Shown here piece by piece: positions 50,221-61,208 of a stretch of 64,000 nt of DNA. The notes beneath the pieces are model-generated. The model did not search any database, was not told the DNA's origin, and was given only the letters and a program-made list of their open reading frames with translations. A program made the translations under genes and the position numbers. Within the stretch, counting starts at the first letter, position 1; every line of letters begins with the position of its first letter. Origin of the DNA: Escherichia coli (GTDB lineage Bacteria > Pseudomonadota > Gammaproteobacteria > Enterobacterales > Enterobacteriaceae); NCBI RefSeq assembly GCF_029227855.1, contig NZ_CP074356.1, one strand, 5' to 3'.

Positions 50221-52179
50221 TTATCCAATATTGTTTTTATAGTCAATGGTTTTTTTTATTAAGTTATAAGAAGCGATAGGGTTTCGTTTAACGCTTTTGA
50301 TAAAGACAAACGCCAAAGCTGTTTTCTTATTCTCTTGAGATAACATGATATGATTGGAGTTTAATAGACCAATAGGAGATTCAATATTTTTAGTTTTAAA
50401 AATACTGTTGTGAGTAAAATATAAGTTACATTCTTTTTTTGCGAACTTTTCGAACCCCAAATCACTTAATAATATTATGTCTGAATAGTCTTCAGTATAT
50501 ACTAAATTTGGATTGATAAGGTTGTATTCTTTATTCGGGTATTTAGAAACTAAAGTGTCTAGCAATAATTTGTCTGAGACAATATCTATACAATCAAAAC
50601 AATCGGTGTTGTCTAAGAGTGTATATAATTTATGTTGATTTATGTCTTTATACCCTTTCGCCCAGATAAGTAATCTTTTTGATAATTTATCCTTTAGTCT
50701 ATTGTTTCCTGCTTTTACTCTACGATAAAGTAAATCAGAATTCTCTCTGAATCCAAGAGGGTCTAATATATAATCATTCGAATCAATTGGTGACTTGAAA
50801 CTATAAAGAATTGGTTTGTTTGCTTTTTGTCTTATTCTATATAGATCATTTATGTGCAAGCTTAATGATTCATCAAAAATAATAAGTTCTGGGTTTTCTT
50901 TTGAAATGATTTTCAAAATGTCATCTTGAGCGAGATTTTGCGGGAGAATATGTTCACAAAATTGACTTACTTCTGAACCATATCGACCTGAATAAATAAA
51001 GACAGGGATAATATTACTATCATTATATAAATTAAAATAGAACTTAATTGCATGCACAGTGGATGCAGCAATTAACACTTTTACAGGGGTTATCGGTAAT
51101 GAAATATCCTGTTCATAAATCTCGTATGGGATATAATCCCTTTTATCATGTTCTGATTTAAATGTTATTCCTCTATATATTTTTTTCTCTAATCCCGTAA
51201 TAAATCTTTCAACGTGTCGCAACCCTTTTAAAAAATCCTTTCTTAATATGTTACATGCTGTTTCAAAACAGCTTGGGTTTACTGGTTGATTAATAAACTC
51301 AATGATTTCTTTTGCGAAGGTTGATATATCCCCATAAGGAACAACCCTAATAATTTCAGGAGGGGCTATTTCTGAGTTTCCGCCAACATCCCAACAGACT
51401 ACAGGTGTATATGTCGATAAAGACTCCAAAATAGCCATTGAGCAGTTTTCAAATTTGCTTAGAGATATAGCTACCTTAGCTCGGGATAGAAAATTAAATT
51501 TTTCATTTCCCTCAATATGTTCAAGGAAAGAAACATTAGAATACTCTTTAGATAAAGTGATTTTTTTCTCTTGTTTTCCGACAATAAAAATACTTAGATC
51601 ATTAGGTAAATTTTTTATGAGTGGTTCAATAAATTCAATTCCCTTAAGGTTGTTAAATCTGCTGAAGAAAATTACATCTATGTCTTTTTCAATTACACTT
51701 TTAAGAAGGTCTTTTTTTAGTGTGATTGGATTTTTATATACATGTATATTTGTAATGTCTAAATCATCTTTAAGTAGTTCTAACATGCCGTAAGATGGAG
51801 AGGAGACGGCTTTGGCTTTATAAATCGCTCTGCATTCATCTGAAAAACGAGCCTCATCAGGCTCTTCATTGATGATTCTTTTATATAGATGAAAGGGGCA
51901 ATGTAATCTGATATGTATATTTGCATCTTTTGGGAATAAAAGAGTTGGAGATTGTGATTCTGCTGCTTCAATTATTGTAGTGTGGTTTATTGCTTTTTTA
52001 TTTAAATTTAGATACGTGAATTTTCTAAAGTCTGGCATCGACATATCGTAAGGCTTTACAAACTCTTTATATGGGAAATCATAAACTTCATTGACTGTTT
52101 TAATATAATTAGTCACACCATTGCTGAATTCTGGATTATAGATAAAGTGATTGATGGATATTCTTTCAAGAGATTTCAT
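50221..52179 (-). CDS. Capsule region-2 protein (652 aa), probable glycosyltransferase (GT-B/GT4-like N-terminal part)
   Basis: Segment ...AISLSKFENCSMAILESLSTYTPVVCWDVGGNSEI resembles the GT4 E-x7-E/nucleotide-sugar binding region; AT-rich; between kpsT and the 800-aa gene. Confidence 0.6.
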   Translation of the reverse strand: MKSLERISINHFIYNPEFSNGVTNYIKTVNEVYDFPYKEFVKPYDMSMPDFRKFTYLNLNKKAINHTTIIEAAESQSPTLLFPKDANIHIRLHCPFHLYKRIINEEPDEARFSDECRAIYKAKAVSSPSYGMLELLKDDLDITNIHVYKNPITLKKDLLKSVIEKDIDVIFFSRFNNLKGIEFIEPLIKNLPNDLSIFIVGKQEKKITLSKEYSNVSFLEHIEGNEKFNFLSRAKVAISLSKFENCSMAILESLSTYTPVVCWDVGGNSEIAPPEIIRVVPYGDISTFAKEIIEFINQPVNPSCFETACNILRKDFLKGLRHVERFITGLEKKIYRGITFKSEHDKRDYIPYEIYEQDISLPITPVKVLIAASTVHAIKFYFNLYNDSNIIPVFIYSGRYGSEVSQFCEHILPQNLAQDDILKIISKENPELIIFDESLSLHINDLYRIRQKANKPILYSFKSPIDSNDYILDPLGFRENSDLLYRRVKAGNNRLKDKLSKRLLIWAKGYKDINQHKLYTLLDNTDCFDCIDIVSDKLLLDTLVSKYPNKEYNLINPNLVYTEDYSDIILLSDLGFEKFAKKECNLYFTHNSIFKTKNIESPIGLLNSNHIMLSQENKKTALAFVFIKSVKRNPIASYNLIKKTIDYKNNIG

Positions 52180-52372
52180 AATTTCTTTGCTCCTAACTAT
52201 TTGGGGTTATTGAAAATTATTTTTTGTTTGTTTCCACCTAAGGTTTATTTAGGATGATTGTGTAACTAACTATGTCTTAATTTACGTTTGATAAAATCAT
52301 TATTGTGTTGATAAATGTGATTAAAATAATATCATTTAAATTAAGTGTTAAGGTGCGTCAATATTATCGGCA

Positions 52373-53062
52373 TTACAGGTTAAATTCAGGGAGACATATG
52401 TTTTTTTCATCATGTCTATATTTGTCTATGGCAAGTGATATATCCTTGTAATATAAGGTGTGATTATTCCTCCCAAAGTAAATGGCCTCATCGCAATATT
52501 CTTTTAATAAGTTAAGACTATGAGAGACTATCAAAAAATTTGATTTTTCATGTTTTTCCCTAAATAAGGAAAAACATTTCTCTTTAAATCTGGCGTCTCC
52601 CACAGCCATAACTTCATCAACAAGATAATAATCAAAATCAAATGCCATGCTGAGTCCAAATCCTAACCGAGAACGCATGCCAGAAGAATATGTTTTTATT
52701 GGCATGTCAAAGTATTTCCCCAGTTCGGAAAATTCCTCTACAAATGAAACCTTATCTTGCAGCTCATCTTTTTTAGCATAAAGTCTTGCAACAAATTTAA
52801 CATTTTCACGCCCTGTCAGACTGCCTTGAAAACCACCAGCTAAACCTACTGGCCATGAAATGGTTTGATCAGTAAGTATTCTCCCCTTATCTGGTCGATC
52901 TATACCACCTATTATTCGAAGCAATGTTGATTTACCTGCACCATTGCGTCCAACTAAAGCAACACTTTTTCCTGTGGGTAATTCAATATTTAAATCTTTA
53001 AAAACATAATGTCTTCCTTTAGGTGTACGATATGATTTGGTGAGATTCTCAATACGTATCAT
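52373..53062 (-). CDS. kpsT: Capsule export ABC transporter ATP-binding protein KpsT (229 aa)
   Basis: Track ORF trimmed to MIRIENLTKSYRT; Walker A GRNGAGKST; ABC signature YSSGMRSRL; Walker B YYLVDE. Confidence 0.9.
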   Translation of the reverse strand: MIRIENLTKSYRTPKGRHYVFKDLNIELPTGKSVALVGRNGAGKSTLLRIIGGIDRPDKGRILTDQTISWPVGLAGGFQGSLTGRENVKFVARLYAKKDELQDKVSFVEEFSELGKYFDMPIKTYSSGMRSRLGFGLSMAFDFDYYLVDEVMAVGDARFKEKCFSLFREKHEKSNFLIVSHSLNLLKEYCDEAIYFGRNNHTLYYKDISLAIDKYRHDEKNICLPEFNL

Positions 53063-53838
53063 GAGGTTAACATAGCCTCCTCTTTGAAACGGTAAAGGCA
53101 AAGTCCTACGAAAAACACTACTAAAGAAAAAAATGCAAGATAATTAATACTAACACCTTCACTTATATATCCCGGTACAACAGATTGGCGACTTAACTCC
53201 ACAACATGTACTAAAGGATTCCATAATAAATATCCCCAGTATATTTTAGGGATAGAATGGAGAGGAAACATTACGCAAGATATGAAATAAAGAGGTTTAA
53301 TCATTATGGGCAAAAATTTTTCCGTTTCTGGGAAAGTTTTACCTAACACCATGAAAATTAAACCTATACCAAGAGAAAATATAATAAGTAATCCCCAAGT
53401 TGCAGCGAGTATAATGATGTTTAAAAATGAAAATTCTTCTCCAAGTAGACCTACAATTGACATGAGGATTATGTAAACACCACTATATATTAATGCTTCA
53501 AGAAGGGTTCGTGAAATTATGGTGTCAATAGGCTTTATAGGCCTGTAATTAAATAAGCCCTGATTAGAGTTTATTGCTCCAATAGAGCGGACAGCAATAT
53601 TACTAAAAAGAAAATAAGGGATAAGTCCGTTTAGAAGAAACACTGGGAACGATATATCTGGCATAGTTCTATGCATAATATATCCAAATATACCAATCAA
53701 GATTATCAAATGTGCTGTTGGCTCAAGGAGTGCCCATAAATACCCCAGACGATATTTACCAAAACGAGTCTTAATTTCACGAAGAAATAAAGCTTTTACT
53801 GCTGCTATTTGAACTTCAAAACCACTTCTTCTAGCCAT
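53059..53838 (-). CDS. kpsM: Capsule export ABC-2 permease KpsM (259 aa)
   Basis: Track ORF trimmed to MARRSGFEVQ; ABC-2 polytopic permease; immediately upstream of kpsT with overlapping stop/start. Confidence 0.9.
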   Translation of the reverse strand: MARRSGFEVQIAAVKALFLREIKTRFGKYRLGYLWALLEPTAHLIILIGIFGYIMHRTMPDISFPVFLLNGLIPYFLFSNIAVRSIGAINSNQGLFNYRPIKPIDTIISRTLLEALIYSGVYIILMSIVGLLGEEFSFLNIIILAATWGLLIIFSLGIGLIFMVLGKTFPETEKFLPIMIKPLYFISCVMFPLHSIPKIYWGYLLWNPLVHVVELSRQSVVPGYISEGVSINYLAFFSLVVFFVGLCLYRFKEEAMLTS

Positions 53839-53865
53839 TTGAGATATAACCTTAATATATTTTGG

Positions 53866-53877
53866 TACGCTACCGCC
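53866..53877 (-). promoter_or_regulatory. ops (GGCGGTAG) element in kpsM leader; RfaH antitermination site
   Basis: Plus-strand ctaccgcc (reverse complement GGCGGTAGCGT) about 30 nt upstream of the kpsM ATG on the coding strand. Confidence 0.5.
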
Positions 53878-54247
53878 CTTGGCTCTAGCTACCAGCATGC
53901 TCGGGCGTACCATATGAGACAAACCAGAATGGACAGATAAATATTTCGTCTGGTATTAGTTTGTCTTTTCTTTACGAAAATACTTATAGATTGGACAATG
54001 AAAAATTTGGTTTAAGGCAGTCCAACCTATGTAATGTTATTGAAACATCCTGCTAATAATCTTAAATTTAATGTTTCATTAAGTTCTATCAATTTAAACA
54101 CATTGATTTGCGAATTCTATCATTTAGACTTACAGATAACTCCAGTGTTTAATATGTAAACATGCCTCATAAATTGCAAGGTAGATTGCAGGTTGCTAAT
54201 CTTTTGTTACTTATATAAAATCTGTTTTGTTTATTTTATATCAAATT

Positions 54248-55480
54248 TTATTTATTGTTCAATGCAGAATTGGTTTCTAATGTAATAGTGTCGCAGTGTA
54301 ACTGTGACTCCCCATAATAAACCCCATTAACCTGCGTCTTCACCAATAAATACCCCCGAAACTTCTTAAACAGTTTCATATCCGGTTTAAAATCGGCCTG
54401 CCAGAACTGGTGCAAATGCCCTTGATACGTCAAGCCTTTGATGTCGTACAGGGCATTGCCCATCACTTTGAGTGGTTTGTTATGAATCAGCGCAGAGATC
54501 CCCGCCGTACTGTTAATCGTCACTACCGCTTTTGCATGGCGTAATAATTCCGGCATCGGGAGATCGTGCACATAAATGACTCGCTCATCTAAGCCATATT
54601 CCTTACTCAATCGCTTAATTAATGGTCGATAGAGTCTGTGACCACGATCCATCGGATGATGTTTGATCACCAAATAACTTTCTTTCGGCGCTTTACGTGA
54701 AAATGAGTACATGACTTCATTAATATAGTCACGCACATCGTTATAATTACTGTGGTTACGAATCTGGCTATCGTTATATACCTGCAAAACGGCAAGATAA
54801 TAACGCTGGTCCAGCTCGTTCATTAACCTCGGTAATACCTTACGCTGTGTTACCTTGTAAAGTTGCTTGCGCCAGTATGCACGAACCCAGCAACGAGCCT
54901 CATACCAGGGGGAAAACGATTTATGGTGGCGGTAGCGAGGGAACTCATGGCGGTAATGCCAGCCCATCAGGTAATACCACATCGCATGACCTATACGTTT
55001 CATCGTTGAAGGTTTAAAGTTCTCAACGTGCGGCGTAGGCATATCTGGTAACTTACGATAAAAATCCGGATCGCGCGGTAGCGATGAATATGCGTTTACT
55101 CCGCCTTCTTCAACGGTAATAAATTGCGGGCGTAAATATCCTTCCTCAAATGCCAGAAAGCGGATCCCTTTCGACTTTGCCCAACGTTTTGCTTCTTTGT
55201 GCAATGGGCGGCAGTCACCAAAGCAGAGGATGGTATCAAAGTCATATTGCCGGTGGAGATCCCGTAACCATCCGGGGAACTCTTTCGGCGTTTGGTAGTA
55301 AGCCAGGTATTGTCGATGGCGGCAGTAAAAACGATCCCCACCGTTGAATACAACATTCACAGCGTTACGTCCTAATGACTCTAACCATTCGGCGACGTCA
55401 TTGAAAAAAGGTCCCATCGGCCCCTGCAATAGCAGATATTTTTTACCGGATAATAAAACGGTTAGAGCATTACCTTGCAT
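54248..55480 (-). CDS. kpsS: Capsule biosynthesis protein KpsS (410 aa)
   Basis: N-terminus MQGNALTVLLSGKKYLLLQGPMGPFF; Capsule_synth-type protein downstream of kpsC. Confidence 0.88.
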   Translation of the reverse strand: MQGNALTVLLSGKKYLLLQGPMGPFFNDVAEWLESLGRNAVNVVFNGGDRFYCRHRQYLAYYQTPKEFPGWLRDLHRQYDFDTILCFGDCRPLHKEAKRWAKSKGIRFLAFEEGYLRPQFITVEEGGVNAYSSLPRDPDFYRKLPDMPTPHVENFKPSTMKRIGHAMWYYLMGWHYRHEFPRYRHHKSFSPWYEARCWVRAYWRKQLYKVTQRKVLPRLMNELDQRYYLAVLQVYNDSQIRNHSNYNDVRDYINEVMYSFSRKAPKESYLVIKHHPMDRGHRLYRPLIKRLSKEYGLDERVIYVHDLPMPELLRHAKAVVTINSTAGISALIHNKPLKVMGNALYDIKGLTYQGHLHQFWQADFKPDMKLFKKFRGYLLVKTQVNGVYYGESQLHCDTITLETNSALNNK

Positions 55481-55514
55481 AAATAATTTCCGTAATAGTC
55501 AACTATGAAATTGT

Positions 55515-57542
55515 TTAGCCAAATCTGACCTTGCAGAACATAATTAATTTGCGGTAATAACGTATTACTCGCCCCGCTTTTTTTCTGGTAATAAACAACG
55601 GCTTGCGCGGCGTCTGGATCAAATATTCCGCCGCCTCTTCAACCGTAATAGGTTGTAGCCGTGTTGGGTGGATATAGGTTGGATAAACAATCAACGCCTG
55701 ATAGATCAAATCTGCTAACGTTAATTTTTGCTCGCGGCGCGGGCAGTGATGTTCATCAACGGTTAAACCCCAACCGGCATAGAAGGGCAGGCCGTAACAA
55801 TGAACTTGCTTGCCATGTAATAACGCTTCAAACCCGGACAATGATGTCATGGTGTGCACTTCATCTGCGCGCTGAATGCATTGAATAATATCTGCGTCCA
55901 GTGCCTGATAATCAGCGAGTTCAGCAATTAGTTCTGCCGGAATGTCGCCCTTGCGATTCCCCACCAGTACATCCGGGTGCGGTTTATAAACAATGTAGGC
56001 GTGCGGATTACGCTCGCGTACTGTGCGTAATAACTCAAGGTTGCTCTTAATCGAGACAGTGCCTGTTTTAATAGAGGCATCGTCCTCTACCTGACCCGGC
56101 ACCAGGATAACTTTTTTATCTTTGGCTTCGGCTGGTAGAGAGAAATTGGCTCCCAGGTTGTACTTACTCAGTTTGCTTTCAACCAGTCGCTGGCGTAATT
56201 TTTCAGCTCGCATCTGCTGCGCCAGCGTTAACTGGCTGTGATTAAGCAGGACTTCCAGGTCGCTGGGGCGCGTGGCGTCATAGTAGATCCCGCGTTTATC
56301 CAGTACCAACGATAGCGGCGGCAGCAGGTCAGAGCCAAGTCCGGATGAACGCAGAAAACCATCTTCCATTCGCCATAACGGCAGTGATTTTTGTTGCGCT
56401 TCGGCTAGCCATTGCTGTTCTCCCTTTACACCCCATACCACGCAAGCCGTCGCCGCAGTACAGCGGCGTGAATAACTCAGTCTGTTTGTTGCGGTACGCA
56501 AGAAAGGTTTCAGGATTGCCGACTTCCACAGCGTTAAGCCTGGCGACCATAAATAGCCATTACGCTGTTGCTGATGGTTGCGCTGTAATTGCAGCCATTG
56601 CAGTACGGTAAACAGATCGCTTGCGGCCCCCGTGAGCGGGTCGATATAGCGACAGTAACGCAGGTATGCAGCGGCAAAAAGTTCTTCCAGCGTGGCAGAA
56701 CCGCGTCGGGCAGATAACAAAGCGGACTGCGGATGGCGATCGTCGGTTAAGCCCCAGCCTGCATACCAGGGCTGGCCGAAACATGTTACTGGTTTTCCTG
56801 CCAGCAAGGCTTCAAAGCCGTATTGGGATGTCACGACGTAAACCCGGGAAACGTGTCGCAACAGCGACTGCGGGCTGACATTCTCGGCAATCAAACGTAC
56901 TCGTTGCGTGGCGCGCAGATCAGCGAAATAACCTGTTTTCTTTCCTTCCAGGACATCCGGATGCACCTTCACCCAAATTTCGGCTTGAGGATTTTCCGCC
57001 ATCGCGGCTTCCAGCATGGCAGCAAACTCATGCGGGCCAGCATTGCCATACGTCACTGACATATCATTAAATGTCTGATCGACAACCAGAACGATGTCTG
57101 AACGTTCTGACTCATCAGCCACAAACGCAGGTGCCAGGTTATATTTCGACAAATCCCCGGTCACGATGGTGTGCATCGCTTCTCTGGCCAGGCTTATCAG
57201 AGCTGTATTTCCGGCTTTATCCTGTACCAGTTTCTCCAGTGCTGAAGGCTTGCTGGCATCGTAGTAAATGCCACAATCATCCACCACCAGAGAAAGCGGC
57301 GGCTCGCCATTGACGCCAAGATCCAGCGAACGCACAAATCCATCTTCCAGACGAATGACGGGTTTTCCCGCTGCTTTGGCGATGGCGACTGGTTTCGCCG
57401 CGCTGGGACGATGTCCCCACACGGCGATAGCATCAACTTCTTGTGGAACAGGGCGCAGCAGAGAAAGTTTCTGGCACGGTTGCGCCAGAAATTTCTCCAG
57501 ATGCGGAATACGCCAGATACCGGACGAGAAAATGCCAATCAT
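55515..57542 (-). CDS. kpsC: Capsule biosynthesis protein KpsC (675 aa), beta-Kdo transferase
   Basis: Duplicated domains each with HPDV and FYAGWGLT motifs; 675 aa; overlaps kpsU stop. Confidence 0.92.
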   Translation of the reverse strand: MIGIFSSGIWRIPHLEKFLAQPCQKLSLLRPVPQEVDAIAVWGHRPSAAKPVAIAKAAGKPVIRLEDGFVRSLDLGVNGEPPLSLVVDDCGIYYDASKPSALEKLVQDKAGNTALISLAREAMHTIVTGDLSKYNLAPAFVADESERSDIVLVVDQTFNDMSVTYGNAGPHEFAAMLEAAMAENPQAEIWVKVHPDVLEGKKTGYFADLRATQRVRLIAENVSPQSLLRHVSRVYVVTSQYGFEALLAGKPVTCFGQPWYAGWGLTDDRHPQSALLSARRGSATLEELFAAAYLRYCRYIDPLTGAASDLFTVLQWLQLQRNHQQQRNGYLWSPGLTLWKSAILKPFLRTATNRLSYSRRCTAATACVVWGVKGEQQWLAEAQQKSLPLWRMEDGFLRSSGLGSDLLPPLSLVLDKRGIYYDATRPSDLEVLLNHSQLTLAQQMRAEKLRQRLVESKLSKYNLGANFSLPAEAKDKKVILVPGQVEDDASIKTGTVSIKSNLELLRTVRERNPHAYIVYKPHPDVLVGNRKGDIPAELIAELADYQALDADIIQCIQRADEVHTMTSLSGFEALLHGKQVHCYGLPFYAGWGLTVDEHHCPRREQKLTLADLIYQALIVYPTYIHPTRLQPITVEEAAEYLIQTPRKPLFITRKKAGRVIRYYRKLIMFCKVRFG

Positions 57543-58279
57543 GCGTTTTCAGCCAGTTCCTGTGCCATCAGGGCGCGCACTTTTTCCAGGCATGCTGGGG
57601 TGTCGACGCCCGGACCGGTTGCGGCAACCTCAAATGTGCGGATGTTGATCCCCGCGCTCATCAACCGCAGCTGCTCCAGTGATTCTGCCTGCTCCGGCAT
57701 GGACTCCGGTAACTGGCTGTAGTTTTGCAGCACATCACGACGATAAGCATAAATACCGACGTGTTTCAGGTAGCGCGCTTTTTCAGCATTACGCGGATAC
57801 GGAATCGGCGAACGGCTGAAATAAAGTGCATCCTGGCGGGTATTCACAACCACTTTTACCGTGCTTGGCTCGGCCGCTTCTTCGGCAGAAATCGCGTGGC
57901 ATAGCGTTGCCACTGGCAACGCGGGATCGTCACGCATTCCTTGTAGCAGCGTTTCTACATCCCGCGGGCGAATCATTGGTTCATCGCCCTGCAAGTTAAT
58001 GTAGATATCTGCTTCCACCGTATGCATTACCTCGACCAGCCGATCGGTGCCGGATTCATGATCGTTGCGCGTCATGATGGCTTTCCCGCCAAATGCCTGC
58101 ACGGCCTTTTCAACACGCGGGTCGTCTGTTGCCACCCAAACTTCCGCAACGCCCGCCACCTGTAACGCACGCTCGTAAACATGCTGGATCATCGGTTTAC
58201 CAACAATATCGAGCAGTGGCTTACCCGGCAGACGCGATGAGCCATAACGAGCCGGGATGACAATAACAGCTTTGCTCAT
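57539..58279 (-). CDS. kpsU: CMP-Kdo synthetase KpsU (246 aa)
   Basis: N-terminus [22 protein letters not shown] typical of KdsB/KpsU. Confidence 0.92.
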   Translation of the reverse strand: MSKAVIVIPARYGSSRLPGKPLLDIVGKPMIQHVYERALQVAGVAEVWVATDDPRVEKAVQAFGGKAIMTRNDHESGTDRLVEVMHTVEADIYINLQGDEPMIRPRDVETLLQGMRDDPALPVATLCHAISAEEAAEPSTVKVVVNTRQDALYFSRSPIPYPRNAEKARYLKHVGIYAYRRDVLQNYSQLPESMPEQAESLEQLRLMSAGINIRTFEVAATGPGVDTPACLEKVRALMAQELAENA

Positions 58280-58288
58280 TTCAACTCC

Positions 58289-59965
58289 TTACAAAGACAG
58301 AATCACTTTTGCACCCACCGCCAGCTGATAGAGGATGGTGGAAATACCACGGGTAACTTCAATATTTTTCGATTCATATTTCGGTAGAACCATAATCTCA
58401 TCGCCCGGCTTGAGTGAATCCACGTCTTCTGCGTTGACGGCTGCACCGTTCTGACGAATGACGATAATTCTGGCGTTACCCGATTTCTGCGTCAGGCCAC
58501 CACATTTCTCGATGTAATCCTCGGTGGTCATACCCTTCTGCCAGCTCACCGCGTTCGGGAACAGCACTTCGCCATGAACCATAACCAGCGATGTTTTCTC
58601 CGGAATATTGATGACGTCGCCATCTTCAAGCAGAACAGAATCAATATTGGATTCGTTGAGGATCACTTCACCTTTCGGAACCACGGTGCGTGCTTTCGCC
58701 ACAAAGCGGCTGATCAGTTGTGCTTCCTGCATTCGCAGGCTGGCTTCTTCTTTGGTGGATGACTGGGCAGAAAGTGAGGCTTCCTCCAGTTTTTGCAGCG
58801 AGAGATTCAGCATCTCTTTCTGACGCTGAGCTACTGATGGGCGATAAAGCTGAACCGCGTTCATCTGCGACATGCTGTTCGGGCGGACTTTTTCCAGAAC
58901 CGCACGCATAGTGGAACCATAAGGCAGTACCATGGCATGTTCACCGGAGTGCGCGCCTTCAACCCGCACCTGAATGGTGCCGGCATAGCGGTCAGTGCTC
59001 ACGATTAAGGTATCGCCATTTTGCAACATACGGCCTGGTGCAGAACTGATCGGATAGTATTCGCTGCGTTTTTGCAGCCCCTGTTTACGCATAATCGTAA
59101 TGTGAGTCGCGCCAGGCTTAGGGCGCGCCCAGCTCAACGCTTCCGTTACGGGAATGCTGCTTTCGCGGAACTCAAAGTCGTAGCTGTTAAAGACATCGCC
59201 CTGAACGCTGAAAGTATGCTGACGCGGCCCGACGATGATGGTGTCACCATCGGCGAACTGCGAAAGCCCCAGTTTGCCGTTCAGCAGGAAGTCGTACAGG
59301 TTGACGTTGGAGCGCACGCGGTTACCGCGCTTGACCACAATATCAACGTAACTTCCGCGCTCTGGATCAACGCCGCCAGCCTTGATCAGATAATTGAGTA
59401 ACGAATCAGACGTCACACCGCCATACAGACCAGGATTACGCACAAATCCGGTCACGTACACTTTTACTGGCTGCGCCTGTAATAAGGAGGCGTAGACGTT
59501 GACGTTGGACTGGTACACTTCCTTCACTTTTGATGTAACCAGAGTGTTCAACTGACTATTGCTAACCCCGGCAACTTTCACCGGACCAACGTTTGGCAGA
59601 AAAATATTACCTTTGGGATCAATCTGTAATGCACCATCAAAGGTGAACGCACCCCACAAGCGAACCTGAATGCTATCACCCGGATTCAGAATATAGTCAG
59701 GGTTGAATCCTACCGTCGCACCGCTATCCGCGCTGGTGCCGTTGAAAAGTTGAGCACCAAACATACGGCTCATTACCACCGGCGGTGCGGGGGGTGGAGT
59801 ATTGTCGAAGCCGCTCATGTTTTGCGTATCCGACTGTTGCCCGTTCAGAATACCGGTAAGCGGCGCGGCTCCTGTCAGGTTTGGGTCAGCGTTAATATCA
59901 ATGGCCGCGCTGGCCTGCGCCGCGTGACAGGCGGCAATCAGTAAAATTGATTTAAATAATTTCAT
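58289..59965 (-). CDS. kpsD: Capsule export outer-membrane/periplasmic protein KpsD (558 aa)
   Basis: Signal peptide MKLFKSILLIAACHAAQASA; size; region-1 order. Confidence 0.9.
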   Translation of the reverse strand: MKLFKSILLIAACHAAQASAAIDINADPNLTGAAPLTGILNGQQSDTQNMSGFDNTPPPAPPVVMSRMFGAQLFNGTSADSGATVGFNPDYILNPGDSIQVRLWGAFTFDGALQIDPKGNIFLPNVGPVKVAGVSNSQLNTLVTSKVKEVYQSNVNVYASLLQAQPVKVYVTGFVRNPGLYGGVTSDSLLNYLIKAGGVDPERGSYVDIVVKRGNRVRSNVNLYDFLLNGKLGLSQFADGDTIIVGPRQHTFSVQGDVFNSYDFEFRESSIPVTEALSWARPKPGATHITIMRKQGLQKRSEYYPISSAPGRMLQNGDTLIVSTDRYAGTIQVRVEGAHSGEHAMVLPYGSTMRAVLEKVRPNSMSQMNAVQLYRPSVAQRQKEMLNLSLQKLEEASLSAQSSTKEEASLRMQEAQLISRFVAKARTVVPKGEVILNESNIDSVLLEDGDVINIPEKTSLVMVHGEVLFPNAVSWQKGMTTEDYIEKCGGLTQKSGNARIIVIRQNGAAVNAEDVDSLKPGDEIMVLPKYESKNIEVTRGISTILYQLAVGAKVILSL

Positions 59966-59988
59966 CACAAACTCATTCAGCGACAGCG

Positions 59989-61137
59989 TTAGTCTCGGTG
60001 ATCTTCAATAACAGCCAGCAACAGTTTCAGGGTGCCGAACAGCAGGCAGCACACCAGTAACCAGCAGGCGATCAAATAAGGGATATTTGGAAAAGACGAT
60101 TCCTGCGGCAACTGTGGCGAACTGATCACTGACAGCACCTTGAGCTTACGAGCCGCTTCTACACGGGTCTTTTCAATGGAGGTCAGGGTCAGTTTGTACA
60201 GCTCGGTGTTGAACTCTACTTTTGATTTGATTTCTTCAAAATCCACCGCCATACGGTTTAGCTTGTCACCCTGCGGCGCTGTGATTTTGCTTTTTTCTTC
60301 GTCAATTTGTGCCTGCAATGACTGAATCGCATTACGCGCACTCACAACTTGCGGGGCGTCCTCACGCAGATACGTCAGCAAGTTCCGCAGGTCCGCTTCC
60401 ATCTGGATCTTCTGGCCCATCAGCGTATTCACTAACGTGCTCGCCGCCTGTGCCTGTGCCTGTGGATCCAGAACGTTGTTGTTGTCTTGATAAGAGAGCA
60501 ATTCCGCTTTGCTGGCGTCCAGACGCTGGCGTGCCTTTTCCATCTCCGTTTCTGCAAAGGCAAGCTGGTCACGCGCGATGCGATGTGACATCTCATTGAT
60601 AAAGCGCTCTGACTCTTTCAGCACGGTTTGGTTAAACTTAAGCGCAAATTCCGGGCTAAAGCCCTGCGTCTGAATATTCAGTAATCCGGTTTTATCGTCA
60701 TACGAGACGTTGATACGGTCCTTGTAGTACTTCAGGAAGCCTTCTGCGGTTTCATCCTTGCTAAGATGATTAAGAAAATCGAGCCCGCTGTGGCTAAACG
60801 CTTCACGAAAATTTAGTTGCTTATCCAGCGCCGCCAGCATATCCGGCGAGTTGATGTACTCTTTCAGATACAACGCATCTTCTGCGGAACTGGGGTTAGA
60901 GGCACCCAGAAGCAGACCAAAATTCAGGCTGCCGCTGTTTAAATCATCCGAGCGTTTAATGGCGACTTTCGACTCGCTCATATAGCGAGGCTGGCTGAAG
61001 ATAGCCAGATAGATCAGCAGCACCGCCATCGGTGCCAGAATGATGATTTTCGCCAGGTGTTTTTGGATATCTGCCAGTGAGATGGCAGACAGACGAGCAC
61101 GCATCCAGGATACGGCAGACTTCACTTTTATCAACAT
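59989..61137 (-). CDS. kpsE: Capsule export inner-membrane protein KpsE (382 aa)
   Basis: N-terminal TM, long coiled-coil periplasmic region, C-terminal TM; 382 aa. Confidence 0.9.
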   Translation of the reverse strand: MLIKVKSAVSWMRARLSAISLADIQKHLAKIIILAPMAVLLIYLAIFSQPRYMSESKVAIKRSDDLNSGSLNFGLLLGASNPSSAEDALYLKEYINSPDMLAALDKQLNFREAFSHSGLDFLNHLSKDETAEGFLKYYKDRINVSYDDKTGLLNIQTQGFSPEFALKFNQTVLKESERFINEMSHRIARDQLAFAETEMEKARQRLDASKAELLSYQDNNNVLDPQAQAQAASTLVNTLMGQKIQMEADLRNLLTYLREDAPQVVSARNAIQSLQAQIDEEKSKITAPQGDKLNRMAVDFEEIKSKVEFNTELYKLTLTSIEKTRVEAARKLKVLSVISSPQLPQESSFPNIPYLIACWLLVCCLLFGTLKLLLAVIEDHRD

Positions 61138-61208
61138 GTAACGATTATCAAAGTTTCAGTGGGGCGCAAACTCAATGAGAGACTAACCTCTCGCACCCCG
61201 TTGCTTAA

